Shown here: positions 7,748-20,107 of the stretch, piece after piece | Layout of the letters: each line of letters begins with the position of its first letter | How positions within the stretch are numbered: position 1 is the stretch's first letter | From: Dysosmobacter sp. | Lineage (GTDB): Bacteria; Bacillota; Clostridia; Oscillospirales; Oscillospiraceae | Direction: 5' to 3' | Assembly (NCBI RefSeq): GCF_034093755.1 | Contig: NZ_JAXEBZ010000063.1 | Span: 2,261-66,260, forward strand | DNA length: 64,000 nucleotides | Translations under genes and position numbers: made by a program | The notes under the pieces: model-generated | What the model was told of the DNA's origin: nothing | Seen by the model: only the letters and a program-made list of their open reading frames with translations | The model's database searches: none

Positions 7748-9027
7748 TCGTCGGTGCTGTTCTGATTGTGGTATTTCTGTTTGTCCTGTTCCTGGGCACC
7801 CCCATCAGTATGGGCATGGGAATCGGCACCTTTGCGGCCATGATTGCCGGCGGCTATGATTTTTCCACGCTTCCGATGCTGATCCAGAAGGGCGCAAACA
7901 GCTATACCCTGATTTCCATCCCTTATTTTGTCCTGGCTGCCAACATCATGAACAAAGGCGGCATTACAAACCGCATTTTCGCCTTTTGCGAATCGCTGGT
8001 TGGCTGGATGCACGGCGGTCTGGCCCAGGTCAATGTGATTTCCAGCGTGATTTTCGCGGGCATTTCCGGTACCAGCTCCGCGGATGCCGCCGGCCTTGGC
8101 ATGGTGGAAATCGAAGCGATGGACAGAGCCGGATATGACCGGAAGTGGAGCGTCGGCATTACGATGGCATCCTCCATCCTGGGACCGATCATTCCTCCCA
8201 GCGTCGGCTTTATTGTTTACGCAAGCCTGACCGGCGTATCCACAACGGAACTCTTTATCGCCGGCGTCCTTCCCGGTCTGACCCTGGCCCTGCTGATGAT
8301 GATTGCCAACTACGTTATCGCAAGAAGCGGGAAGGTTGCCTGTCCGCCGCCTTCCAGATTCAGCGTCCGGAAGGTGTTCCGCACGTTCCTGGACGGCTTC
8401 TTTGCCCTGATGGCTCCGGTCATTATGCTGGCCTGCCTGTTCAGCGGCGTTGTAACCGCCACGGAAACGGGAATTATCGCGGTTGTGTATTCTCTGTTTG
8501 CCAGCATGGTCTATCGTGAGTTCAAGCTGAAGGACCTGTTCGCCATTATCAAGGACACTGTGGCATCCTCTTCCATCATCATGTTCCTCATCGGCATGGG
8601 CTACGGCATCGGCTACGTTCTGACCCTGGAGCGCATCCCTCACAAAATGACGGAGTGGCTGCTGAGGATTACCACCAACAAGTATCTCATGCTGCTGCTG
8701 ATCATTATCTTCCTGACCATCCTCGGCATGTTCCTGGAAGCTACGGTTGTCCGCATCATTACGGTGCCTTTGCTGCTGCCGGTGATTATGGCGCTGGACA
8801 TCAATTTGATTCATTTCGGCATTGTTCATACCCTGGTTGGACTGCTGGGAACCACGACGCCTCCCGTGGGCTCCGGCCTGATGATCATGGCGACCGTGGC
8901 GAAAATGAAGTTCTCCGATGTGGTCAAATCCATTGTGCCGTTCTGGATTCCGCTGTTCATTGCCTTGCTCATCATTACCTATATTCCGGCAATCACACTC
9001 TGGCTGCCGGGAATTCTTCTCCATTGA
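7744..9027 (+). CDS. dctM: TRAP transporter large permease DctM
   Basis: GGLAQVNV..FAGISGTSSADAA, GPIIPPS, TPPVG motifs; 427 aa hydrophobic. Confidence 0.95.
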   Translation: MIVGAVLIVVFLFVLFLGTPISMGMGIGTFAAMIAGGYDFSTLPMLIQKGANSYTLISIPYFVLAANIMNKGGITNRIFAFCESLVGWMHGGLAQVNVISSVIFAGISGTSSADAAGLGMVEIEAMDRAGYDRKWSVGITMASSILGPIIPPSVGFIVYASLTGVSTTELFIAGVLPGLTLALLMMIANYVIARSGKVACPPPSRFSVRKVFRTFLDGFFALMAPVIMLACLFSGVVTATETGIIAVVYSLFASMVYREFKLKDLFAIIKDTVASSSIIMFLIGMGYGIGYVLTLERIPHKMTEWLLRITTNKYLMLLLIIIFLTILGMFLEATVVRIITVPLLLPVIMALDINLIHFGIVHTLVGLLGTTTPPVGSGLMIMATVAKMKFSDVVKSIVPFWIPLFIALLIITYIPAITLWLPGILLH

Positions 9028-9054
9028 TCGTTTGACAATTCTTCCAATTACGCA

Positions 9055-9097
9055 ATTCAAAAGCATGGAAGCCGTGATCCGGCAGCCATGCTTTTGA
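9055..9097 (+). terminator. Hairpin closing the TRAP operon
   Basis: ttcaaaagcatgg...ccatgcttttgaa inverted repeat. Confidence 0.5.
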
Positions 9098-9182
9098 AGC
9101 TCTGCGGGCGTTCCCGTGGGAACTCAAAGGATTGCACAAAAGTAAACTTTTGTGCAATCTCTGCGGGAAGCATCCATCCGGA

Positions 9183-9224
9183 AAACAGGGAAGAGGCCGT
9201 CCGCGTGTTCGCGCGGACGGCCTC
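9183..9224 (-). terminator. Terminator of rnpB
   Basis: gaggccgtccgcg-tgtt-cgcgcggacggcctc followed on the minus strand by a U-rich tail. Confidence 0.7.
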
Positions 9225-9230
9225 GTATAT

Positions 9231-9589
9231 CTGCGAGCAAAACTGTAAGCCGGGTTCTGTATTTGACAGTCATCTATCTCGACGTACCGTTGCCGGCACG
9301 CTCAAGCCACCCCGGGAGCGGCCGGGCCGACCTTCATGCTCCCATACCGGTGTTGCTCCGGATAGAGTTTACAGCGTCACGATGTTCCCATGTGACGGGT
9401 GAGCTCTTACCTCGCCTTTCCACCCTTACTGCCGGCTTGCCGTGGCAGGCCGCAGCGGTATATCTCTGTTGCACTTTTCCTGAAGTCGCCTTCGGCGGGC
9501 GTTACCCGTTATCCTTGCCCTGTGGAGCCCGGACTTTCCTCATGGACGGCCTTTCGGCCTGCCCACGCGACTGTCTGTTTTACTCGCAG
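9231..9589 (-). ncRNA. rnpB: RNase P RNA (bacterial type A)
   Basis: Minus strand reads GAGGAAAGTCCGGGCTCC, AGTGCAACAGA, GGGTGGAAAGG, ACAGAACCCGGCTTA; the ends ctgcgagtaaaac/gttttgctcgcag pair as P1. Confidence 0.96.
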
Positions 9590-9593
9590 GCCC

Positions 9594-9622
9594 ATTGTAC
9601 AGGATGTGCCGGAAAAAGTCAA
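9594..9622 (-). promoter_or_regulatory. Sigma-A promoter of rnpB
   Basis: Minus strand TTGACT-17-TACAAT immediately upstream of the RNA 5' end. Confidence 0.8.
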
Positions 9623-9657
9623 CGGCTGCGAAGGGGAGAAAATGACCGTGGGAAGAA

Positions 9658-9686
9658 TTGCTATTTGCCGGAGGGCGTGCTATAAT
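9658..9686 (+). promoter_or_regulatory. Sigma-A promoter of murD
   Basis: TTGCTA-17-TATAAT with TG extension. Confidence 0.7.
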
Positions 9687-9744
9687 TTCCATGTATGCAA
9701 ATTGTCCCGCCACCGGCGGGAGGGAATAGTAAGGAGCGGTTCCA

Positions 9745-11130
9745 ATGAATCTGAACGAATATCTGAACTCTTTGAAGGGCAAGACTGTGGCGGTGATCGG
9801 CATCGGTGTTTCCAACCGTCCGCTGATTGAGATGCTGCTGAAGGCGGGCATCGACGTCACTGCCTGCGATAAAAAGGACCGGGCCGCCCTGGGGGAGACC
9901 GGTGAGCGGCTGGAGGCCATGGGCGCCAGGCTCCATCTGGGTCCGGACTATCTCCAGGGGCTGCATCAGGACATCATTTTCCGCACCCCCGGCATGCGGC
10001 CCGATGTGCCGGAGCTGCTGGAGGCTGTGCGGGGCGGCAGCGTCATCACCTCCGAGATGGAAGTGTTTTTTGAAGTGTGCCCCTGTCCCATCATCGCCGT
10101 CACCGGAAGCGACGGCAAGACCACCACAACCACCATCATCGCCGAGCTGCTGCGCAAGGCGGGCAGGACGGTCCACCTGGGCGGCAACATCGGCCATCCG
10201 CTGCTGGCGGAGGCGGGGGAGATGACGCCGGAGGATGCGGCGGTGCTGGAGCTGTCCTCTTTCCAGCTGCTGACCATGAAGCGCAGAAGTCCCCACATTG
10301 CCGTTCTCACCAATCTGGCGCCCAACCATCTGGATGTGCACAAGGATATGGCGGAGTATATCGCCGCAAAGGAAAATATCTTTACACATCAGACGGCAGA
10401 AGATATTGCGGTGTTCAATCTGGACAATGAGATCACCCGGGAGCTGTCCGGGAAGGCCGTGGGCAGGGCGCGTATGTTCTCCCGGCAGCAGGAGCCGGAG
10501 GAGGGCGTGTTCCTGCGGGGTGACGCCATCCTCTCCCGGAAAGACGGCGTTGAGCGGCAGATCATGACCACCGCGGATATCCGCCTGCCCGGCGTCCACA
10601 ACGTGGAGAACTACATGGCGGCCATCGCCGCCGTGGACGGTCTGGTGCCGGATGAGGACATCCGGGAGGTGGCCCGGACCTTCAACGGCGTGGAGCACCG
10701 TATTGAGCTGGTGCGGACGCTGCGGGGCGTGCGGTACTACAACGACTCCATCGCCACCAGCCCCTCCCGGGCCATCGCGGGCCTGCGGTCCTTCGACCGG
10801 AAGGTCATTCTCATTGCCGGCGGCTATGACAAGCACATTCCCTATGACGTCATCGGGCCGGAGATTGTGGAGCATGTGAAGCTGCTGGTGCTGTGCGGCG
10901 CCACGGCGGACAAGATCCGCCAGGCGGTGGTGAACGCCCCCGGATACGAGGCCGGAAAGCCGGAGATCATAGAGCTGGACGATTTCCGTGCGGCTGTGGA
11001 GACGGCTTCCGCCCACGCTTCTGAGGGGGACATTGTGACGCTGTCTCCCGCCAGCGCCGCCTTTGACCGCTTCCAGAACTTCATGGAGCGGGGCAAGGTC
11101 TTCAAAGCCATCGTCAACGAGCTGAAATAA
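9745..11130 (+). CDS. murD: UDP-N-acetylmuramoyl-L-alanine--D-glutamate ligase
   Basis: AVTGSDGKTTTT, LELSSFQL, NLAPNHLD, YNDSIAT, LSPASAAFD.F.NF.ERG. Confidence 0.96.
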   Translation: MNLNEYLNSLKGKTVAVIGIGVSNRPLIEMLLKAGIDVTACDKKDRAALGETGERLEAMGARLHLGPDYLQGLHQDIIFRTPGMRPDVPELLEAVRGGSVITSEMEVFFEVCPCPIIAVTGSDGKTTTTTIIAELLRKAGRTVHLGGNIGHPLLAEAGEMTPEDAAVLELSSFQLLTMKRRSPHIAVLTNLAPNHLDVHKDMAEYIAAKENIFTHQTAEDIAVFNLDNEITRELSGKAVGRARMFSRQQEPEEGVFLRGDAILSRKDGVERQIMTTADIRLPGVHNVENYMAAIAAVDGLVPDEDIREVARTFNGVEHRIELVRTLRGVRYYNDSIATSPSRAIAGLRSFDRKVILIAGGYDKHIPYDVIGPEIVEHVKLLVLCGATADKIRQAVVNAPGYEAGKPEIIELDDFRAAVETASAHASEGDIVTLSPASAAFDRFQNFMERGKVFKAIVNELK

Positions 11131-11177
11131 GGATAAGCCGCCGGCGCATAAGATGGCTCCGATGGGGGAGTGGGTCC

Positions 11178-13872
<2,695 letters not shown>

Positions 13873-13889
13873 TCTGAAAGGCAGAGCAT

Positions 13890-13931
13890 ACGCCGTATCC
13901 GGACAGGCAGCCCGGGTACGGCGTGTTTTTT
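13890..13931 (+). terminator. Intrinsic terminator after ligA
   Basis: acgccgtatccgg...ccgggtacggcgt-gtttttt. Confidence 0.7.
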
Positions 13932-13960
13932 GCGGACAGATGGACGCTGCGGGAATTGTC

Positions 13961-13989
13961 TTGTATTTTGTGTGAAAAACTGATATAAT
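13961..13989 (+). promoter_or_regulatory. Sigma-A promoter of the M50-scpAB operon
   Basis: TTGTAT-17-TATAAT with TG extension. Confidence 0.65.
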
Positions 13990-14033
13990 GAACCATATTT
14001 TGGGTCACTGGGCCGGTAAGGGGCGATCTTTGC

Positions 14034-14690
14034 TTGATGCACTATCTTCAGAACCTTCTGAGTCAGCTGAATCTGGCCTCCATGGGAGAGGCCGCCACGC
14101 GGATGGCGGGCGTTTTCCTCTGCCTGACCATCCATGAGACCTCCCACGGCCTGGCTGCCTTCTGCCTGGGTGACCCCACCGCCAAGGAGCTGCACCGTCT
14201 GTCCCTGAACCCGCTGCGCCACATCGACTGGTTCGGCCTTGCCATGATGTTTTTCGTGGGCTTCGGCTGGGCAAAGCCGGTGCCGGTGGATCCCCGGTAT
14301 TTCCGGAAGCCCAAGGAGGGCATGGCCGTCACCGCCCTGGCGGGCCCGGTGTCCAATATTCTGCTGGCAGCCTTGCTGCTGCTGATCAGTAAAGCAATTT
14401 ACCTTGCCAATCCGTCCTCCTACGCGGCCTATGTGATATTCAATTTTCTGGTGGATACGTCCATCCTTTCCGTGGGCCTGGGCCTGTTCAACCTGATTCC
14501 TATCCCGCCGCTGGACGGCTCCAAGGTGCTGGCGTCCTTTCTGCCGGACAGCGCCTACTGGAAGCTGATGCGCTATGAGCGGTTCGGAATGCTGCTGCTC
14601 ATTGTGCTGTCCCTGACCGGGATCGGCGGCTATGCCATCGGCAGGGGCATCTCCCGGGTGTGGCTGCTGCTGTATGATCTGATCTATTGA
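14034..14690 (+). CDS. Site-2 protease family (M50) membrane peptidase
   Basis: HETSH, GDPTAK, FGWAKPVPV, FNLIPIPPLDG. Confidence 0.92.
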   Translation: MMHYLQNLLSQLNLASMGEAATRMAGVFLCLTIHETSHGLAAFCLGDPTAKELHRLSLNPLRHIDWFGLAMMFFVGFGWAKPVPVDPRYFRKPKEGMAVTALAGPVSNILLAALLLLISKAIYLANPSSYAAYVIFNFLVDTSILSVGLGLFNLIPIPPLDGSKVLASFLPDSAYWKLMRYERFGMLLLIVLSLTGIGGYAIGRGISRVWLLLYDLIY

Positions 14691-14700
14691 GGTGACTTTC

Positions 14701-15486
14701 TTGGAGAACCCCATTTACAAACTGGAAAAGGTGGTCCATGGCCGCGCCGAAGAGGAGATGCAGGACTTTGAGGGGCCGCTGGATCTGATTCTGTTCCTGC
14801 TGGGCAAGAACAAGATGGAGATTCAGGACATCTCCATCTCCACCATTCTGGACCAGTATCTGGCCTGGCTGGAGCAGCGGCAGAAGATGGACCTGGAGGT
14901 GGCCAGTGAGTTCATCACCATGGCCTCCCACCTGATGTATATCAAAACCCGGATGCTGCTGTCCATTGAGGACGAGGAGGCCCAGTCGGAGATGGACGCC
15001 CTGATCCAGTCCCTGGAGGAGCGGCGCCGCAGTGAGAGCTACGGCAAAATCAAAAAAGCCGCCGCCCAGCTGGCGCCCATGGGGGAGTTTGGCCGGAACA
15101 TTGTCACCCGCAATCCGGAGCCGGTGGAGCGGGGCAAGATATATGAGTACGACCACGCCACGGCGGACCTGATTCTGGCCATGGCGGAGATTCAGAACCG
15201 TTCGGAGCGGCGTCTGCCGCCGCCCAGGGCGGCCTTTGACGCCATTGTCCGCCACGAGCCGTATCCGGTGGAGAAAAAGGCGCGGGAGATCATCCAGCGG
15301 CTGAAAACCGGCGGGATGACCCGGTTTTTGCTGCTGTTCCGGGGAAACCGCAGCCGCAGCGAGGTAGTGGCCACGTTCATGGCGGTACTGGAGCTTTGCC
15401 GCGCCCACATCATCCGCCTGGCCGGTTCGGAAACGGACTGCACCGTCCGGCAGGAACAGGAACTGCCGGATAATCTGACGTTTTAA
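14701..15486 (+). CDS. scpA: Segregation and condensation protein A
   Basis: FEGPLDLIL, SEFITMASHL.YIK.RMLL, VATFMAVLEL; TTG start after gaggtg. Confidence 0.93.
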   Translation: MENPIYKLEKVVHGRAEEEMQDFEGPLDLILFLLGKNKMEIQDISISTILDQYLAWLEQRQKMDLEVASEFITMASHLMYIKTRMLLSIEDEEAQSEMDALIQSLEERRRSESYGKIKKAAAQLAPMGEFGRNIVTRNPEPVERGKIYEYDHATADLILAMAEIQNRSERRLPPPRAAFDAIVRHEPYPVEKKAREIIQRLKTGGMTRFLLLFRGNRSRSEVVATFMAVLELCRAHIIRLAGSETDCTVRQEQELPDNLTF

Positions 15487-15498
15487 GGAGCGCCCAAC

Positions 15499-16140
15499 AT
15501 GGAAAACTTAGAGATGAAGGAGATCGAGTCCGCCATTGAGGGCATTCTGTTTGCGGCGGGGGAGCCGGTGCGGGAGGACCGCATCGCCGCCGCCCTGGAG
15601 CTGGACCGTCCCACGGTGCAGCAGATGCTCCAGAAGCTGATGGACTATTACGCCTATGAGCGCCGGGGCATCCGCCTGCTGCACATGGAGGACACCTGGC
15701 AGCTGTGCTCCGCGCCGGACTATGCCGACGCCATCCGCCGGGCCTTCGAGATCCGGAAGCCCGCCAAGCTGAGCCAGCCTGCCCTGGAAGTGCTGACCAT
15801 CATCGCCTATTATCAGCCCACCACCCGGGCCTACGTGGACCAGATCCGGGGCGTGGACAGCTCTTATACCGTGGGACTGCTGCTGGAGCGGAAGCTCATT
15901 GAGGAATGCGGCCGGCTGCAGGTTCCGGGCCGTCCTCACCTGTACCGCACCACGAAGAATTTCCTGCGGGCCTTCCATCTGACCAGCCTGGACGAACTTC
16001 CGGAGATGCCGGATCTGGCCGGGGAGGGCCAGATGCGGCTGGGGGATGACGGCGCCATCATTGACCCGGAGTCGGAGGAGCGGGTGATCGTGGACGCGGA
16101 CCGCCCGGAGACGGCGGAGGACATCCGTCCGGAGGACTGA
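15499..16140 (+). CDS. scpB: SMC-Scp complex subunit ScpB
   Basis: LSQPALEVLTIIAYYQPTTR..VDQIRGV, PGRP.LY.TT. Confidence 0.95.
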   Translation: MENLEMKEIESAIEGILFAAGEPVREDRIAAALELDRPTVQQMLQKLMDYYAYERRGIRLLHMEDTWQLCSAPDYADAIRRAFEIRKPAKLSQPALEVLTIIAYYQPTTRAYVDQIRGVDSSYTVGLLLERKLIEECGRLQVPGRPHLYRTTKNFLRAFHLTSLDELPEMPDLAGEGQMRLGDDGAIIDPESEERVIVDADRPETAEDIRPED

Positions 16141-16173
16141 GGAACAAACCTGAGAAAAAGGGGGTGACGGGCC

Positions 16174-16842
16174 GTGATACTGCTGTGGGTTCTGGGCATT
16201 CTGCTGGGACTGCTGGTGCTGGTATGTCTGCTGCGGGTAGGCGCCGTGGTCAGCTATGACGGGACGCTGACGGTCCGCGCCGCCGTTGGGCCGTTCCGGT
16301 TTCAGGCGGTTCCAGGGAAAGAGCCAAAAAAGGAAAAACCGAAACGGAAAAAGCCGGAACAGGAACCGGCTCCGGAAAAAACGAAGGAGAAAAAGAAGCC
16401 GGCGTTTCCCCGGCCGGACCGGAGCGACATCCGGTCCGCTGTCTCGGAACTGTGGCCGCCGCTGAAGCGGGCGCTGGGCCGGACCCGCCGCGGGATCCGC
16501 ATTGCCCCCCTGGAGGTGTCAGTGGTGCTGGGCGGTAGGGATGATCCGGCGAAGGCGGCGGAAAACTACGGGTACGCCAACGCCGCCGTCTGGTCCGCCA
16601 TGCCGGCGCTGGAGCAGCTGCTGGACATTCCCCACCCCCATATTCATATCGGGATGGACTTTGAACAGGGGCAGGACTGCTTTGGAGTCCGGGCCGGCGT
16701 CACCATCCGGGTGGGGACGCTGCTGGCAGTCGGGCTGCAGATCGGCATCCCGGCATTGAAATGGTATCTGCGCTTCCGGAAGCGCCACAAACAGGCGGCG
16801 ACGCCGAACACCGAACCGGCTGAAAAACGTCCGGCGGCATAG
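16174..16842 (+). CDS. DUF2953 / YtfI-like membrane protein
   Basis: N-terminal TM, Lys-rich linker, G.DDPA.AA..YG motif; lies upstream of ytfJ. Confidence 0.75.
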   Translation: MILLWVLGILLGLLVLVCLLRVGAVVSYDGTLTVRAAVGPFRFQAVPGKEPKKEKPKRKKPEQEPAPEKTKEKKKPAFPRPDRSDIRSAVSELWPPLKRALGRTRRGIRIAPLEVSVVLGGRDDPAKAAENYGYANAAVWSAMPALEQLLDIPHPHIHIGMDFEQGQDCFGVRAGVTIRVGTLLAVGLQIGIPALKWYLRFRKRHKQAATPNTEPAEKRPAA

Positions 16843-16856
16843 AAAGGATGGTTTTC

Positions 16857-17249
16857 ATGGACAATCTGGAGAAAAAGACCCCTCTCAACGATCTGATGCG
16901 TTCCACGATGGAGAAGATTCACGAAATGGTGGACACCAATACGATTGTCGGCCAGCCCATCAGCACGGCGGACGGCGTGACCCTGATCCCCATTTCCAAG
17001 GTCAGCTTCGGCTTCGGCGCCGGCGGCGGAGATTACGGAAAGAGCACCCAGAACTTCGGTGGCGGCAGCGGCGCCGGTGTGAAAATTGACCCCGTGGCCT
17101 TCCTGGTGATCAAGGACGGCGTCACCCGCGTTCTGCCTGTGGCGGTGCCGCCGGCGTCCACGGTGGACCGGGTCATTGACATGGTTCCGGACCTGATGGA
17201 TAAGGTGGAAAAATATTTCGACAAAAAGAAGGAAAAAGACGAGCTGTGA
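16857..17249 (+). CDS. ytfJ: GerW/YtfJ family sporulation protein
   Basis: VDTNTIVGQPI..IPISKVSFGFGAGG; FGGGSGAGV..PVAFLV. Confidence 0.93.
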   Translation: MDNLEKKTPLNDLMRSTMEKIHEMVDTNTIVGQPISTADGVTLIPISKVSFGFGAGGGDYGKSTQNFGGGSGAGVKIDPVAFLVIKDGVTRVLPVAVPPASTVDRVIDMVPDLMDKVEKYFDKKKEKDEL

Positions 17250-17292
17250 CCGGGGTATACTAAGACCACTCTGATGCAGGAGTGGTGATTGG

Positions 17293-18366
17293 ATGCCGGA
17301 ACACAAACACAATCGGATCTGCGGGCTGCTTTGCGCCCTGTTGCTGCTGACGGGCACTGTGGGACAGGCTGCGGCCGTCAGTACCTCCGCGGCTGCCGCC
17401 GTGCTGATGGACGCTGACAGCGGCCGGGTGCTGTATCAGCAGAACGGGGCGGAGCGGATGCGGATCGCCAGCACCACCAAGATCATGACGGCGCTGGTGG
17501 CCATTGAAAACGGTGACCTCTCCGAAACGGTAACCGTCCGGCGGGCGGAGACGCTGGTGGAGGGCAGCTCCATGTATCTGAAGGAAGGGGAGCGGCTGAC
17601 GCTGGAGACGCTGCTCTACGGGCTGCTGCTGTGCTCCGGCAATGACGCGGCGCTGGTGATCGCTCGGGCTGTGGGCGGAAGCCAGGAGCGGTTTGTGGAC
17701 ATGATGAACCGCAAGGCCGCGTCGCTGGGCATGGAGGACACCTCCTTTGCCAACCCCAACGGACTGGATCAGGAGGGGCATTACTCCACCGCCATGGACA
17801 TGGCGAAGCTTTCCTGCGCCGCGGTGAAAAACGAGACGCTGATGCGGATTGCCTCCACCAGGAGTGTTGCCATCGGCGGCCGCACCATGTACAACCACAA
17901 CAAGCTGCTGTCTTACGTGGACGGTTGCATCGGCCTGAAGACCGGCTATACCAGGGCCGCCGGACGGACGCTGCTGTCCTGCGCCCAGCGGAACGGGCAG
18001 CGTCTGGTGGCGGTGACGCTGCAGGACGGCAATGACTGGGTGGATCACCAGCAGCTGTATGACTTCGGCTTTTCCGCCTACCCCGCAAAGCGGGCAGTGA
18101 CCCGGGGAGAGGTGATCGCCCGTCTGCCGCTGCGAAACGGCGCGGGGACAGTGGTTCCTGTTCTGGCGGCAGATTCTTTTTCCTACCCTGTGGGGGAGGG
18201 AGAGCGGCTGACGGTGAACCTGGAGCTGCCGGGGACGCTGGATGCTCCGGTGCAGGCGGGGGAGACTGTCGGCTGGGCGTCGGTTCATCTTGGCGGTGAG
18301 GAAGTGGGCCGTGTCCGGCTGGTGTGCGGCGTGTCCGTATCGGCGGTTGGGAAAGACGGAGCATAA
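17293..18366 (+). CDS. dacB: D-alanyl-D-alanine carboxypeptidase (DacB-like, S11)
   Basis: IASTTKIMT (SxxK), SGNDA, NPNGL, KTGYT; signal peptide. Confidence 0.88.
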   Translation: MPEHKHNRICGLLCALLLLTGTVGQAAAVSTSAAAAVLMDADSGRVLYQQNGAERMRIASTTKIMTALVAIENGDLSETVTVRRAETLVEGSSMYLKEGERLTLETLLYGLLLCSGNDAALVIARAVGGSQERFVDMMNRKAASLGMEDTSFANPNGLDQEGHYSTAMDMAKLSCAAVKNETLMRIASTRSVAIGGRTMYNHNKLLSYVDGCIGLKTGYTRAAGRTLLSCAQRNGQRLVAVTLQDGNDWVDHQQLYDFGFSAYPAKRAVTRGEVIARLPLRNGAGTVVPVLAADSFSYPVGEGERLTVNLELPGTLDAPVQAGETVGWASVHLGGEEVGRVRLVCGVSVSAVGKDGA

Positions 18367-18396
18367 TCCCGGACAGGGAAGAAAGGGAGGGCCGGC

Positions 18397-19113
18397 GTGG
18401 AAGAACGGCTGCAAAAACTGATTGCCGCCGCCGGCATCTGCTCCCGGCGGGCCGCCGAGGAACTGCTGGCGGCGGGCCGGGTGCAGGTCAACGGCCGGCG
18501 GGCCGGCCTGGGGGAGAAGGCGGACCCGGACCGGGATACTATCACGGTGGACGGAAAGCCCATCTCCCGCCCCCGGGAGCATCTCTACCTGATGCTTCAC
18601 AAGCCGGTGGGCTATGTCACCACCCTTTCCGACGAGAAGGGGCGTCCCACGGTGGCGGACCTGACCCGGGATGTGGGCCGGCGCGTCTTTCCCGTGGGGC
18701 GGCTGGACCTGATGAGCGAGGGACTGCTGCTGATGACGGATGACGGCGAGCTGATGCAGCGGCTGACCCACCCGAAGTATGAGACGGCAAAGACCTATCA
18801 GCTGACGGTGTCCGGAGCGCTGGAGGGCGCCGCGGAGCGTCTGGCGGCGGTGCGGGAGCTGGACGGAGAGCCGATCCGCCCGGCGGAGACAGCCCTGCTG
18901 CGGCGGACGCCCCAGACGGCGGAACTTTCCGTTACCATCCGGGAGGGGAAGAACCGGCAAATCCGACGGATGTGCGCCGCCTGCGGACTTACGGTGCTGC
19001 GGCTGCGGCGGGTGCAGGAGCATACGCTGCGGCTGGGCGATCTCGCGCCGGGGAAGTGGCGCCGCCTGACGGCGGAGGAAATTTCCGCCCTGAAAACGCG
19101 TACACGACAGTGA
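18397..19113 (+). CDS. rluB: 23S rRNA pseudouridine synthase (RluB/RsuA family)
   Basis: S4 domain ERLQKLIAAAGICSRR; PVGRLD; EGKNRQIRRM. Confidence 0.88.
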   Translation: MEERLQKLIAAAGICSRRAAEELLAAGRVQVNGRRAGLGEKADPDRDTITVDGKPISRPREHLYLMLHKPVGYVTTLSDEKGRPTVADLTRDVGRRVFPVGRLDLMSEGLLLMTDDGELMQRLTHPKYETAKTYQLTVSGALEGAAERLAAVRELDGEPIRPAETALLRRTPQTAELSVTIREGKNRQIRRMCAACGLTVLRLRRVQEHTLRLGDLAPGKWRRLTAEEISALKTRTRQ

Positions 19114-19180
19114 GCGGCTTCGCTGACAGCCACTCACTGAAATTTTTTGCAGGATATAACGGATTTCCTGCAAAAATTGT

Positions 19181-19208
19181 TTGAAAAATGCAGGATGTGT
19201 GGTAAAAT
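19181..19208 (+). promoter_or_regulatory. Sigma-A promoter preceded by a palindrome (19141-19178)
   Basis: TTGAAA-16-TAAAAT with TG; tttttgcagga...tcctgcaaaaa immediately upstream. Confidence 0.55.
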
Positions 19209-19240
19209 AGAAAAAGCGAAACCATACAGGAGGACCGATC

Positions 19241-20107
19241 ATGGCAAAGAGCATTTTACATACAATTGAAAACAACATGAAGGGGTTTTCCAAGGGACAG
19301 AAGAAAATTGCCGAATATATCCTTGGAAACTATGACAAAGCCGCGTTTATGACCGCCAGCAAGCTGGGCAAGCTGGTGGGCGTCAGCGAGTCCACGGTGG
19401 TGCGGTTTGCTTCTGAACTGGGATATGACGGGTATCCCAGCATGCAGCGGGCTCTGCAGGAAATGATCCGCAGCCGCCTGACCTCCACCCAGCGCATCAA
19501 GGCCACGGGAGATATGCTCTCCGGACAGGACCTGCTGTCCACGGTGGTCAATTCGGACATTGACAAGCTGCGGATGGTTGTGGACGAGATGAACCGGGAT
19601 GATTTCAACCGGGTGTGCGACGAGATTATGAAGGCCCGGCGGATCTATATTCTGGGCACCCGTTCCTCCACGTTTGTGGCAGGCTACCTGAATTTCTACA
19701 TGCACTTGATGTTTGACAACGTCACGCTGGTGCAGACCAACGCCGCCGGTGAGATGCTGGAGCAGCTGTTCCGCGTCGGCCCCGGAGATGTGATGCTGGC
19801 CATTACCTTCCCCCGGTACTCCAAGGTGACCAAGAATACGGTGCAGTTCGTCAAGGACCGGGGCGCCACCATTGTCGCCATCACCGACAGCGAGCTTTCC
19901 CCCATCTATCAGCTGGCGAATGTGTCGCTGCTGGTGCCCAGTGAGATGTTCTCCTTTGTGGACTCCCTGGTGGCCCCCATGTCCATCATCAACGCGCTGC
20001 TGGTGGCGCTGGGCTACCGGAAGAACGGGGAGGTCTCCGCCACCTTCGCCCAGCTGGAGGACATCTGGGACGAATACGGTGTGTTCGGAAAGACAGACGA
20101 TGAGTAA
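19241..20107 (+). CDS. MurR/RpiR family transcriptional regulator
   Basis: GVSESTVVRFA..LGY.GY HTH plus SIS domain (FPRYS, AITDS..SP). Confidence 0.93.
   Translation: MAKSILHTIENNMKGFSKGQKKIAEYILGNYDKAAFMTASKLGKLVGVSESTVVRFASELGYDGYPSMQRALQEMIRSRLTSTQRIKATGDMLSGQDLLSTVVNSDIDKLRMVVDEMNRDDFNRVCDEIMKARRIYILGTRSSTFVAGYLNFYMHLMFDNVTLVQTNAAGEMLEQLFRVGPGDVMLAITFPRYSKVTKNTVQFVKDRGATIVAITDSELSPIYQLANVSLLVPSEMFSFVDSLVAPMSIINALLVALGYRKNGEVSATFAQLEDIWDEYGVFGKTDDE

Noticed and set aside
9088-9920. ORFs of 104-177 aa between dctM and murD
   Set aside because: They overlap the RNase P RNA and its promoter and have no protein motifs.
19872-20099. N-terminal extensions in the ORF track (also 832, 27468, 35266, 54165, 59365)
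   Set aside because: They overlap upstream genes, the leader or the riboswitch; SD position and motifs place the starts downstream.
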